64,000 bases of DNA from NCBI GenBank assembly GCA_012295275.1, contig CM022679.1:4650001-4714000 (forward strand). Reading direction: 5' to 3'. Below the pieces are notes generated by a model. It did not search any database. It was not told where the DNA came from and saw only the letters and a program-made list of their open reading frames with translations. This document shows, piece after piece, positions 29,120-43,344 of this stretch. The position numbers were made by a program, and so were the translations under genes. This DNA comes from Chrysomallon squamiferum. Lineage: Eukaryota > Animalia > Mollusca. Numbering within the stretch: the stretch's first letter is position 1; each line of letters opens with the position of its first letter.

Positions 29120-29327
29120 TTATTTACTGCCTGCTTGCTTTTAATACAGTCATTATTCGTATACATTGTTATTTTTAATGAGAAAATGTATTTTTTATTT
29201 TTCATATTTTTTTTTTCTTTTTTTTTTTTTTTATTATTTAGTTAATGTTTTTAAATTTTAAATTCTATAATTTTAATAGTTGAATATTATTTTTGGTATT
29301 ATTACTCTTTCTACAGAGTGACGTTAT

Positions 29328-29330
<3 letters not shown>
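29118..29330. repeat. Left arm of a long-range inverted repeat (right arm 34364-34596)
   Basis: TTATTTACTGCC...GCTTGCTTTTAATACAGTCATTATTCGTATACATTGTT...TACTCTTTCTACAGAGTGACGTTATAAC is the reverse complement of 34364-34596. Adjacent (CT)n and (GA)n tracts extend the complementarity. Confidence 0.88.
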
Positions 29331-29387
<57 letters not shown>

Positions 29388-29464
29388 ACTGTGTCTGTCT
29401 CATTCTCTCTTCTCTCTTTCTCTCTTTTTTTCTCTCTCTTTTTTTCTCTTCTTTTTTCTTCTTT

Positions 29465-29544
<80 letters not shown>

Positions 29545-29619
29545 TCCTCTTCCGCCCACTGTTCAGAAGTGAAAACACAAACAAAACAAATATTAAAAGA
29601 TAAAATTTATTTTCCAGTG

Positions 29620-29660
<41 letters not shown>

Positions 29661-30287
29661 CAATTTTATTACAATTATAATACAGCCATGAAAAGAAAAT
29701 ATATGTTTTGATGCAAAGAAACAATTCTATAATTCTCTCTTTCACTCTTTCTTTCTCTCTTTTACTCTTTCTTTCTCTCTCCTCTTTCTCTTTCTCTTTC
29801 TCTCTTTCTCTTCTCTTTTTCTCTCTCCTCTCTCTCTCTTTCACTCTTTCTTTCTCTCCTCTCTCTTTCACTCTTACTTTCTCTTCTTTCTCTTTCACTT
29901 TCTTTCTCTTCTCTCTTTCTTTCTCTCTCTTTCACTCTTACTTTATCTTCTTTCTTTCTCTCTCTCACTCTTACTTTCTTGTCTTTCTTTCTCTCTCTCT
30001 TTCACTCTTACTTTCTCTCTCTTTCTCTCTCTCTCTCTCTCTGGTTCTCTTTTATCAGTTATCTCTCACTCCACCTTCAGACATCTTGTGATTGATATTT
30101 CGAGATTATTAATATTTTTTTGAGATACACTTTTATAGCTATCACATTTATAATTAAATAATTCAGGTATTAATATTTTAATTTTATATTTATAAAGCAT
30201 ATCTATTTGAAAAATTAGCACTAATAATATAATTCATTTTATCATAAATATAATAAACTAATTCTTATAAAACAGTATCTTACAAAA

Positions 30288-30331
<44 letters not shown>

Positions 30332-30675
30332 TTAATTTTCTAATGTGTAGAAAGTTAATTTAAATATTTAGATAAAATAAAAAAATATCTATATTAACTG
30401 ATTTTCCAAACTGGGATATGTGTAAAAATTCTGCTTTTATATAGAATAAATATGATTATGGATATACATTTAAATATTTTTTTTTTTTTTATTATTATTA
30501 TTATTAAACTGATATTGAAAAAATTTAAAAATACAAATTTTATATAATTTATATTTGTTACAAGATTTGTATAAATGAGCTTGAGAAGAAACAAGAGAAA
30601 CAACAACTACACAATAACAACAACAACAACAACAACAATAATAATAATAACAACAACAACAACAATAACAATATT

Positions 30676-30720
<45 letters not shown>

Positions 30721-30729
30721 TATAATTCT

Positions 30730-31084
30730 CTGCTACGAAGTTTTCGGCGAATCTGACATTTCCTCCAAAAGTTCTAGAACACCATCTTCCTCCTATCGTT
30801 TTTGACGCTGTGGAGTAGTCTCCCTTCCATAGACGCTTCGCAGTTGTATATATAAAGGAAGTAATTGTCCGCCTCAGTTGGGATTTTGCAGGCCAGTATG
30901 ATGTGTTGACATATGTGGCAAACAAAACCCCCAGTGAGGTGGTTTTTAAATCGAATTTTTACTTCTGGTTTCATCATGAACTGAAAAATAAAAATAAATT
31001 TAGAACATAATGTACATGTAGTTATACATAAATTATTTGTGTGTATATGTGTTTGTGTATGCGCTTATGATGATGATGATGATG

Positions 31085-31128
<44 letters not shown>

Positions 31129-31149
31129 ATAATAATAATAATAATAATA

Positions 31150-31181
<32 letters not shown>

Positions 31182-31325
31182 AAAAGCACACAACATTCTA
31201 ATATAGCAATTATTAAAATAATAATACATACAAGTACGTATGTACATGCATACATACACAAAAAAACAACCCAAAAAAACAACCACCTGCACACTCAGGA
31301 ACAAACACACATAAACACAAGCACG

Positions 31326-31363
<38 letters not shown>

Positions 31364-31643
31364 CACACACACACATACATAGATCGATCCATACATGCAT
31401 ATATAATATATACTCACGAATTGATGTCAGTTTTTCGAAGTTTTACCATTTTACGCTGCCCGTGGACTACAGTTCCTTTCAAAGTGTGATTTCATCGTTT
31501 CCACAGGCGCCTCGTCAAGTGTTTGTGTTCGCGCGCTCAGTGAAAGACTTTGAAGGGTTTGTGTTATTTTAAACCTTTGTCTCAATCCAAGCTGAAAACT
31601 TGTTAATTTGTTGGATTACTTCCGTTCTTCAGAGTTGCATTGT
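30730..31643 (-). ncRNA. Candidate spliced exons of the pri-miR-193/365 host transcript
   Basis: Non-repetitive block 31643-31418 is bounded by TCTCCAG| and |GTGAGTA and has stops in all three frames. The next acceptor, TTTTATTTTTCAG|, opens an exon at 30980, ~38 nt before the miR-193 hairpin. The 3' limit is unknown. Confidence 0.55.
30869..30942 (-). ncRNA. mir-193: pre-miR-193 (Mir-193-P1) hairpin; mature 3p UACUGGCCUGCAAAAUCCCAAC at 30877-30898
   Basis: miR-193 seed ACUGGCC and the family-typical 3' UCCCA. The 5p arm GGGGGUUUUGUUUGCCACAUAUG (30910-30932) pairs with it, the basal stem is CCUCA/UGAGG, and a CNNC motif (CUUC) begins 16 nt after the 3p end, the same offset as in the miR-365 hairpin. 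Confidence 0.95.
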
Positions 31644-32906
31644 CTGGAGAAATTCTACACAGCGTACTAAAGGTACATTCACACTGTGTAACATTTAAAA
31701 TCAGCCTTCAGGAGGAATACTTCTATATCAAATTGATGCATGCATGCATACATACATACATATATACATACATAGATACATACAAACATACATACATGCA
31801 TACATACATGCATACAAACATACATACATACATACATACATACATGCATACAAACATACATACATACATACATGCATGCATACAAACATACATACATACA
31901 TGCATAATAAGAATATAATAAAACAAACCATTTTCTGTATTTTTCTAATTACATAACTAGTAGGACCCACAGCTTATCTTTGTGTGATATTTTATAAATA
32001 AATGAAGGTTATGTCACACCATGTTACTTTTATTACCTATCTTTAAATGCTAATGTTGTTTTATCGGCTTTATGAATAAAATTCTGACTATACAAATACT
32101 CGCAATTTATAAACTAAAATGGCTAACAAAATTCGACTGGTGTGAACGCAGCTTAAACGCTTAACTTCCTCGATTCATTGTTCTTATGTATATAAATAAT
32201 AATATAAAAATAAAACACTTGTGTGACAATCTTTTACTATCTTGACACTTTTTATTTTTTTTTTTTATTTTTTTTTTTTTTTTTGTTACTAATGTTAATT
32301 TTTTCATTCAAAGACGTTTCACACTGTAATAAAAAATTTATTTAATTTTAAATGATTATTGAAATTTTAATGAGAACTAAGTAATCTTTATATATATACA
32401 TATGGCAAAATATATCATTTTTGTAAAAACCTTTTAAAAATTAAATAGAAATTAAAATAACAAAGAGATAAAGAAGAAGAGGTAACAGAAATTAATGAAT
32501 GAGAGAACGAAGAATAACGCATTTCCGAAAACATTTACAAGATAAAAAGAACAGATGCGAAACAACACTATATTCTGAAGATGATTAGGAAATCGCAAAT
32601 GAATGATGAAAAACGTTTCAAAACGGACTGCTATTGATACTGTAGTTTATTATTTTTAACGTGTCTGTCTGCCTCTCTGTCTGTCTGTCTGTGTACTGGA
32701 GGGGTTGGGTGCCTGTGCACTTTCGCTCATACAAATATAGGTTCACACGAGCGCAAAGTTTTAGTGAAATAAACAACGTCATATACAAATATATATATAT
32801 ATAGATATCAAATTATAAATAGAAACACATTTATGCATAACACCAAAAAAAATATACAATGAAACTAAGGCTCCAGTATATATATATGTATGTTATAACT
32901 TAAAAT

Positions 32907-32975
<69 letters not shown>

Positions 32976-33281
32976 ATCTATCTATATATATATATATATG
33001 CACACGTGTGTGTGTGATTCAAAGTCAATGTGTGTGCATATAATCTATATTTGAAAACAAATATTTCTATACGATCGTGCATAGGCCTCTACGTTTGAAT
33101 ATATATATATATAAGCATGTATGCATATACATATCTATACACATGTGCTTGTTTGAAATTTGTATTTTTTGTGTGCGTTGAAATAAGTATATATATGTAT
33201 ATATATTAAAAAAAAACATACAGATTAGTTTTCAGATTAAAAAATAAGCTTTACCTTACAATCACTTCAGTCTCACGAGAT

Positions 33282-33392
33282 TGCATACATTTCACTTCAG
33301 TACTGTCCATGTTTTATAATTTAACAGTAGTCTCTGAATATTAAGAATTAATTGTTCGAGAGCAGATTGTAAAATTAAACAAATTTGTTATA
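33282..33392. repeat. ~110-bp element with an inverted copy at ~44579-44687
   Basis: TGCATACATTTCACTTCAGTACTGT...TATAATTTAACAGTAGTCT...AGATTGTAAAATTAAACAAATTT is reverse-complementary to 44579-44687. Confidence 0.85.
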
Positions 33393-33652
33393 CTAAAAAA
33401 AAAAAAAATACACAAAATAATAATCAGAGTAATAATAATAATTCACTAATTTAATGTTCTAAATTTTGTGTAAAAAATAGTAAGTAAGTAAGTAAATAAA
33501 TAAAAAAAATATATATTTTTAAAAATTGTTAAATTCAGTTTATACTTTTCAGAAACTGACGCAAGATTTTTGACGTGATTATAACACTATGAAATTTTTT
33601 ATTATTATTTTCATTTTTTTTTAGTTTTTTAGTTTTTTATTTATTTGTCTAT

Positions 33653-33691
<39 letters not shown>

Positions 33692-33693
33692 TT

Positions 33694-33740
<47 letters not shown>

Positions 33741-33979
33741 TTTGTTTATTTATTTATTTTATTTTTTTAATCTAAACTTTTTGGTTACAACCAATCCATT
33801 CGTTACTTTCATTTTCATCAACAACAATACAAAATAAAAAATACATGGAAGTAAGAAAAAAATTTGAAAATAAAAACCACTCTGTCCACACAATCTGTTT
33901 TTACAGCAGAACGATTTAAAAATAAAAATACAAACTATGTGCATTTTTAGTAAAAAAAAATTATTTTCATGTTAAAAAT

Positions 33980-34022
<43 letters not shown>

Positions 34023-34256
34023 TGTGCGTGATAATACTTTATTGCAATTATAACTTAAAATTATGTTTAGGAGACACTTATCTACAAACATAAAAAAGGA
34101 AAATAATTTATCTGGAGGCAATTTGACACCTAAACTGAAACATTATTATAAAATTACACCTGATGTGAAAAAAGGAAAATTATTGCAAAAAGCATATGTA
34201 GTAGAAAAACTATGTCGTTATGTTATGAAGCACTAAAACCAACATTTAGTAAAACT

Positions 34257-34366
<110 letters not shown>

Positions 34367-35026
34367 ATAACGTCCCTCTGTAGAAAGAGTAAAAATAACC
34401 TGTAATAATACCAAAAATAATAATCAACTATTAAAAACTATAGAATTTAAAATTTAAAAACATTAACTAAATAAGCAAAAAAAAAGAAAAAAAAAAAAGA
34501 AGCAAAATATGAAAAATAAAAAATAAATTTTCTCATTAAAAGTAACAATGTATACGAATAATGACTGTATTAAAAGCAAGCTGGCAGTAAATAATTGACT
34601 AAACATAGCTGTGTAAATTAAATTGAATTATATCAAACTGAACGAAACTAAATACAAAATTTGTAATTTATTATTTCTACTGTTATATTCAGTCATACGA
34701 TTATTTAATACGTTTTAGATATTATTTATTTATTTATTTATTTACTTGCTTTATTTTTCATTTTATTTGATTTATGCATTATAAAGTAAGATAATAATTA
34801 TATTAAAACTTTTTTATAAGTTAAAAAATATTAATCGATGAATGAGCCAATAAATAAATATTTTTTTAATACTGAATGAGATGGGACAAAATTAATTAAA
34901 TAGAAAGTGAATAGTTTATATTTTATTACTCACCTAAAATTTGTAAATTTATATATTTTCATGTTATAAATCTATCGCTATTTACATACTTTTTCTGTTT
35001 TTATTTATCTACTGTTATTATCACTG

Positions 35027-35083
<57 letters not shown>

Positions 35084-35192
35084 GTTTGTTAGTTTTATTT
35101 ATTTGTATTATTATTATTTTGTTTGTTTGTTTGCTTTGTTTTTATATCTCCCTTGTTTTGTTTTTTCTTCTTATTTTTATTTATTTATTTGT

Positions 35193-35223
<31 letters not shown>

Positions 35224-35247
35224 TTTGTTTTTTATTTATTTTTTTTT

Positions 35248-35282
<35 letters not shown>

Positions 35283-35604
35283 TTTTTTTTTTATTTATTT
35301 TTTTTTTTTTTTTTTTTTTTATTTTTATTTTTATTTTTATTTTTTTTTATATTTATTTTTTTATTTTTGTTTTATTTATTTATTTATTTATTTATTTTAT
35401 TTTGTTTGTCTTCTTAAGTAATTAATTCATTTTTGCTTCCGTATATTTAGAATTTTATTCAACATTATCTTTAAAATGTCAAAAATGTAGTAACTGCCGT
35501 AATTATGTATAATTATTTTAAACACCCTTAATATAATCGTTTCTCTTTAACTTGCTTCACTAAGTCAAATATGTGTGTGTGTATGCGTGTGTGTGAATGT
35601 ATTT

Positions 35605-35655
<51 letters not shown>

Positions 35656-36151
35656 TATACATAATCTTACAATCTAAATGATTACTCATTTCATTCATTA
35701 CCCAACAACGAAAAGGAAAAGGAATGTGCAATCCGGTTTGTTGAAAAACGTGTATTAAAAAATAAAAATAAAAATGTTTTCTCTTAGTGCTATAAATAGA
35801 TGCAAAGTCCTCGGCAAAAACTCAGAAATATTCGCATTTTAGTGGTACCGTTAATAAAAAATAAATAAATTTTAAAGAGTTGTCTTTCGTTTATGAGCCA
35901 AACTTTCTGGTGTATTTACTGAATGTTAAATCAGGTCAAGAGTTCGCTGTATTAAGAAATGCAATGTTCCGGGTTAAAATAAAATAAAAATAAAAATTTA
36001 AAAATTTAAAAATTAAAAGTCATAGCATCTCTTTTGGGATATTTTTATATTTCAGTAGACAATATTGTATAATAATAATGATAATAATAATAACAATAAC
36101 TACTACTAATACTACTAATACTAATACTAAAACTACTACTACTACTACTAC

Positions 36152-36198
<47 letters not shown>

Positions 36199-36261
36199 TG
36201 ACTATTATTATTATCGCCAGTATTACCACTATTACCACTATTCGTAATATTATTTTCCTTC

Positions 36262-36309
<48 letters not shown>

Positions 36310-36678
36310 TTATTATTATTATTATTTTTATTATTATATTAGTAGAGATATTAGAAATAATGATAGTTGTAGTGTAGAAGTAATATCACATAATATCTAT
36401 GGATCAGTCATTTTTATATAGACATATCAGTTGAACGAACGATAAACACTGCTTTTTAAGTATTTTTTACTTACGTACTTAATCATTTTATTTATTTCAA
36501 TAGTAATTGTTATGCATTGTGTATATTTACTTTTTAATTTAAATTACTTATTCATTTTAATTTAATTAATTTTATCATCATTATTATTATTATTACCTTC
36601 ATAATTATCATGATCATCATGATTATCATCATCATTATTATCATTATCATCATCATCATCGTAAGTTAATAAAATACA

Positions 36679-36714
<36 letters not shown>

Positions 36715-36768
36715 GAACTAAAAAGTTATTTCACGAAATGATCAAGTTTAAAACAAATGTTATCTTTT

Positions 36769-37040
36769 ACTTACATGACAGTTTCAGTAGCACACCTATT
36801 TATGGAAAATAAATATTTACTTCACACACGTACATTAATCAATTCTGTCCAGTTTAAAGTATACGATTGGTTACGGTCATTCTACTTACCTAACCTTCCA
36901 AACAAACCCGGGACGCTTGTCTATCGCAGAGAGGGTTTCCCGCCGCCGAAATAGATCGACCAATCACAGCGCTCGAAATGGAACGCGCGAAGGAGTGGTC
37001 CGAGTTTACGTAAACGCGGAACAGGGGAATCCCATGCAGA
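36769..37040 (-). promoter_or_regulatory. CpG-rich promoter-like element, candidate start of the miRNA host transcript
   Basis: CCAAT boxes at 36866-36870 (-) and 36960-36964 (+), E2F-like TTTCCCGCC at 36936-36944, kB-like GGGGAATCCC at 37024-37033, and a minus-strand donor CAT|GTAAGT at 36774-36769 about 90 nt downstream of the minus-strand CCAAT. Confidence 0.45.
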
Positions 37041-37071
37041 TAGCTTGCGAAACATCACTTGCTGCAAATAA

Positions 37072-37156
<85 letters not shown>

Positions 37157-37435
37157 ACATAAAACTAACGAACTACAGCTTTTGTTTGTGTCCACTGCAT
37201 AAGAATGAGTTAATGTGAATTTATGAAGCTGCAGTGTACAAATTATTTATTTAAATGAATGGAATATCCTGTTTGTTTTTGGGTTTTTTTTTTTTTGGCG
37301 TGGGTGGATAGTTGTAAAGTAGAGTCAGCTACCCTGAAAGAAATCTTTATGGCGTCAGAAAAGGTAACCGGATACAGATTAGATATAATCCCGTTTAAGT
37401 TTAAATAAATAAATAAGGGGAAAGAAGAAATTCAA

Positions 37436-37466
<31 letters not shown>

Positions 37467-37790
37467 CATGGGTGGATAGATGGATGGACGGAGGCAGTGA
37501 TAGAAGGATGGTAGTAGCAGTAGAAATAGTAGTAATATTATTTGTATTACTATTAGTCTTAGAGTTAGATTTAAATATATTGTTTTATTAGTAGTAGTAG
37601 TAGTAGTAGTAGTAGCAGTAGAAACAGTATTCATATTATTTTTATTACTAGTAGTCTTAGAGTTAGATTTAAATATATTGTTTTATTATTATTAGTAGTA
37701 GTAGTAGTAGCAGTAGAAATAGTAGTAATATTATTTTTATTACTAGTAGTCTCAAAGTTAGATTTAAATTTATTGTTTTATTATTATTAT

Positions 37791-37826
<36 letters not shown>

Positions 37827-38126
37827 CAGCAGCAGGAGTAGCAGCAGCAGTAGCAGCAGCTAGTAGTAGTAGTGTATATTTAAAAAAATACTCTGTGGCG
37901 CTACAAATTAAGAATATATTTTTAAATATATATATATATATGAGTGTGTGTGCATATATATATATTTAGAAATACATACATATATACATACACCTAGTAT
38001 TCGAAAAATGCAGAGAGAGAGAGAGAGAAAGAGAGAATATTAAATAAGTAAATGAATATCAAATCATATTCTATCAAATTCAAAGCTAGATAATTAAAAA
38101 TAAAACTAAAATAAAATTAATAATAA

Positions 38127-38157
<31 letters not shown>

Positions 38158-38679
38158 AAGAAGAAGAAGAAAAAAGTGAAAATGAAAAAGAACAACAACA
38201 ACAATAACAACAAGACGATAGCAGCAACAAAACAACAGCAACGCCAACACAACAACAACTACCACCCTCACCTGGAATAACCTCCAAGGCCGATGTTTTC
38301 TGAATAAACGATTTGTTCTCAAATCATTTTGCAAAGTATAAATTAATAATTAAGCGTATTTGCATACAAGAATTTCAAGACTACGAGTTCTGACTGGATA
38401 CCATTATCACGTGATCCCTCATTACTAAAAACATTTTAAAAATTGGAATGTTCAAAAATATACAGAGTATTTAAAAAAAAAAAAAAAAAAAAAAAATGGC
38501 TCACTTTGAAATTAAGTTCTATTATAGTTAATAAACAAAACTGATTTTTATTATTATTATTATTATCGTTTATTTATTTAATAATAAAAATTTAATGCTT
38601 TTAAGACATAATATATTTTTAAAATTAAGCAATAAATCTATACGTAGATTTATTATCATGTAAGATATTACTTTAGAAG

Positions 38680-38713
<34 letters not shown>

Positions 38714-40256
38714 CTTGAACAATATAACAGAAACTTTACGGCATTTGGCTTGAACTGATTTGAAATCTGACTCCTTAACCTTTTCAAACCGGCCTTAATT
38801 ATGCATGATGTATGATAAGCGAAACATTAATGTTTTATTTTTGGAAAAAAAGCCCTGTATGTCATAAAGAAAGTAAAAACATAAATCATTACATTCCTAA
38901 CACTCGAACGTCATTTGCTGACTGTGTGAAAGTCAAAACAATAATACATTTTGCGTGTTAACAGAAACAAATAATAAATAAGTAATGGCCTTAGATTGAC
39001 TGTCATGCAAACAAATAACAAATAAGAACGGCCTTATTGGTACAGTGTAATAAATTTTCCTTACCTGTAAATTATCATAATACTAAATTGAGTTAATTGT
39101 TGTTGTTTTTTTTTTTGTTTTTTTATATCGACAGATGGGTAAATAATTTTTGAACAATAATTCAGTGGATAGCAAGGAAAAAGACAAATCTAATTTGAGT
39201 AATATTTGAAAAGAGACGAATACTTGTTTTTGTTCATCTATTTTAACAAACAACACGTGTCAGAAATGTTTATGTAAAGTCTTTTTTTACAACAACAAAT
39301 GTAAACACGTGTAATTATTAACATACAAAACATACGTACGTACAGCGAATGAAGCCAAGCATTATGTCTCCTCTGATTCAGAGAATTAGACTTCAGACAG
39401 TGGCAGAAACTCAGGAACAGTATTCAGTTTCAAGGACTCTGTGTGAGTATATATATATATAAACTCATACATCCAGACACATATACATACATAAATATAC
39501 ACCTATACATGCACTTATGTCTATATATGCATTCACTGCTGTACTTACGTTCGTGTGTATGTGTGTGTGAGTGTATACATTTATATACATATACATATAT
39601 ACACGCAAACACACACACACATATATATAAACAGTAAAGCAAACAATTTGTATCAACAACTTATTAAAAAAATACACTATTAAAATTAATTTTCGATAAC
39701 TCAACTGCATAATAATAATAATAATAAAAATTAATTATTAAAATATATACATCACAACTTACATGAAATCCAAATAACCTTTAATACATAGAGCAAGGTG
39801 TGCTAAAGATTTTAACTAAAAAAAACGGTTTAGATTTTGGCGCTGTAAATTATAAGGTCATGTGATTTTTTCTTATGAATTTTTAAATATGCTGTGTCGT
39901 TCACTGTGTTTCTGTGTACATAACCGACACCGTACGTTTATAGGCAATTATGAGTGGATGGGTTTTCAAAAGCAGGTGTCAAATATCTTTTCAATTATTT
40001 AAAACTGTTTTTAACGTGTTGCCTTTAGAGTACTGGGGAAGTCATTTTCGTGTCGATATGCTTCTCGATTGCTCGTTTTTATTATTATTGTTTTTGAAGT
40101 GAAGTATTAAAAACAATAATAATAGTAATTACAATAATAATAATAACAATTACAACTACTACTGGTGCTACTGGTACTAGAACTAGCAGTTACTAATTAC
40201 TATCAATTTTGCTATAAATATGATTATAATTTTATCATTATTATTATTATTATTAT

Positions 40257-40309
<53 letters not shown>

Positions 40310-40509
40310 CTCCTTCTCTTAGTAATACTGAAATTTGTTTAATAAAAACTATCTTTTACAAATATGAAGACATGTGCATGAAATAAAAACTTTTTTTTAG
40401 AAAACATAGCTTATCACATAATTATGTTCATGCTTAATGATAATGTCTTATCTAAAATACACAAATAGTAATTTCCTCTAGAATTCTAACAAAATATAAT
40501 GGTAACAAA

Positions 40510-40540
<31 letters not shown>

Positions 40541-42326
40541 ATACCATACAAAGGAAAAGTTTAAATATGCTTTTTATGAAGATGTATGTTTGTATATGCA
40601 TGTATGTACGTGTGTATCTACGTAAGTATATGTATATGTGTTTGTGGGTGATTGTGTGTATCTATATATATATATTTATAGATATAGAGATATATGTTTG
40701 TATGTATGTATGTATGTATGTATGTAGGCTCATTATATCAAATATATTCTATGTTTCTAATATTGCATGCTACTTGTGCATATTAGTACATGCATATATA
40801 TATATATATATATGTATATATATGTATGATCTGTGTGTTTTCTCTAAGTGACTGTAAGTTTGTTTCTATCTATATAATGTGTCTGTTCGTGTGTCTGTAT
40901 TTCTCTCTCCACTGCATCTGTGTGTACATGCAGGTCCCTATTTGTATGTCGTGCTTCTGTATCTGAATATGAGTGTGTTTGTCTGTGTGTGTGGTGTGGT
41001 GTGTGTGTTTGTCTCTGTGTTTGTCTGTGTGTGCGTGTGTGTGTTTGTCTGTAATCCGTGGTGGTTGTAGTAGAAAGTCGCGTGCGCTGACGCACTTGAA
41101 AAACAAAGCCTCCCTCTCCTAACACTAAATAATGGGAGGTGGCAGGCAACGTGAATTCCCAGTGTTGTTATCAGCGGTTAATATCATTTTCTTCTATTCA
41201 CACGCGGTGGGAAAAACTTTCCCGGAGAACGTAATTTCAGTTCGCATGTAATTACAAACAAAGGCGAGATTTTTCAGTTTTGAGAGAATGGCCGTTTTCA
41301 GAAGGGTAAATGGGTTGAAATAGGTAAAATATTGTTTAAATAAAATATGGTGTGTGTGTGTGTGTTTGTATGTGTGTGTGTGTATGTATGTGTGTGTATG
41401 TGTGTGTATGTGTGTATGTATGTATGTGTGTATGTGAATGTATGTGTGTGTGTATGTATGTGTGTATGTGTGTATGTATGTATGTGTGTGTATGTATGAA
41501 TGAATATATGTATGTGTGTATGTATGTGTGTGTATACATGCATATATGTGTGCATGTATATATGTATATATTCATGTGTGTATGTATGTATGTATGTATA
41601 TATGTACGTATGTATGTGTGTTTGTATGAATGTTCGTATACATGTATATATGTGTTTATGTACGTATGTATGTACGTAAACACATATATGCATGTGTTAA
41701 GTATGCATGTATAGTTTAAATGAAGAACTATATTATTCAAAAGATATTACACGCATACAAACGCATACACACACAATTTCTTTCTCTATTATCATTATTA
41801 TAATCACGTCTTTCAACTTTAATGGCGGCATACACAGTGTCGTATAATATATTCACAACATATTGACTATGCACGAATTCGACGTGCTCACAGTGGGCAA
41901 CATTTCACATGATATCCACAAAATAAAAAGTGAATTTTTTAAGATCATTCATGCAAAGAATCACCTCAACAGGGCGTTACCGCCTTCTTGCTGCCTAGAT
42001 ACCGTCACGAATATGAATAAAGCAAAAATAAATATGAATGAGCAAATTAAACTTACCTGGGGCTTTGTCATTATAGTTACAGCCTCAGTACTTTCATTTT
42101 TTTTTTTTTTTTTTTATAGACTTTCAAACGATTGTTTTTTTAATATATTTCCTGTGCTGGTACAAACTAACTACAGATATCATTTTATATGTTGTATATT
42201 TCCAAGATATTGTTCGTTAGTTATTCATTTGTTTGTTGTATTTTTTATTTTTTATTTATTTATTTATTTATTTATTTTTTTATTTTTTTATTTTTTTTTT
42301 TTTTTTTTTTTTTTTTTATTTATTTA

Positions 42327-42392
<66 letters not shown>

Positions 42393-43235
42393 TTTAATCT
42401 TGAACATTGTATTGCATAGAAATAATCTAAATATATTTTTTATATCCGTTAAGCTTTGACTTTGTTATTAAATTTTTCTTCTTTTTTTATTTTTTTTTTT
42501 TTTTTTTTTTTTTTTCATTTCTTGGTTTGTTTTAAGTTATAGTGTATTTATTATTGTCTGAACACAATAGTTATATTCTATATACATTTTATAAATTTTG
42601 TATTTTATATATTTCCAAACAATTATTTTGTTTAATTACTTATACATGTATTTAAAAACATTTTTTTATTATTATTATTTTTTTTTTTAACTCTATTTAT
42701 TAGATGTTGATATATTGTTTTTCTCAATTTCTAACATAGAATTATGGAAATTTAATCAATAAATTTATGAAGTTATTAAAGAAATTTACTGTCTTATATA
42801 TATATATATATATCATTATATTTTTGCTTATGATGTAATAAATCTTTTTTATTTATTTTTTTGTGATATAATGTACGATACATTGTACTTAATCTTCTGT
42901 TCGATAAGTTATAGGCGATTTTATTCTGTTTTATACTTGTATTGTTGTTATTGTTGTTGTTGTTGTATTGTATGTATTGTATAGTAACATTGTATAGACA
43001 AACATTTTGAGCCACGCCTGTTCTTTCGCAATCGTTACTTCCTTGTTGAAAACCAGTGTCACATTTAATATACAAAAATGTGTCAATAACCGTCATTTTG
43101 AATATGGGTACACTTATTTCATATAAATTTATATTAAATTAAATTTAAAAAAAAAAAAAAAAAAAAATTTATTAATCCCCCGATTAATAATCTTTCTTTC
43201 TTTCTTTCTTTTTTTTTTTTTATTATTATTATTAT

Positions 43236-43270
<35 letters not shown>

Positions 43271-43344
43271 GAAATGAAACTACGATAAAAAGAATTTCGC
43301 GTTTGTCGTTCTTTCCACAGTCCGAATTTTCTGTTTTCTGTTGA

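Noticed and set aside
31450-31640. SAM-domain-like peptide (QLGLRQRFKITQTL) on the minus strand
   Set aside because: Short, bounded by stops and not extendable by splicing; the segment is better explained as a non-coding host exon.
37484-37506. TGGACGGAGGCAGTGATAGAAGG resembling miR-184
   Set aside because: Only the 5' part matches, no complementary arm, and it lies in a degenerate (GATG/GATA)n tract.
42048-42062. AAACTTACCTGG resembling the U1 snRNA 5' end
   Set aside because: No U1 stem-loops or Sm site follow; better read as a minus-strand consensus splice donor.
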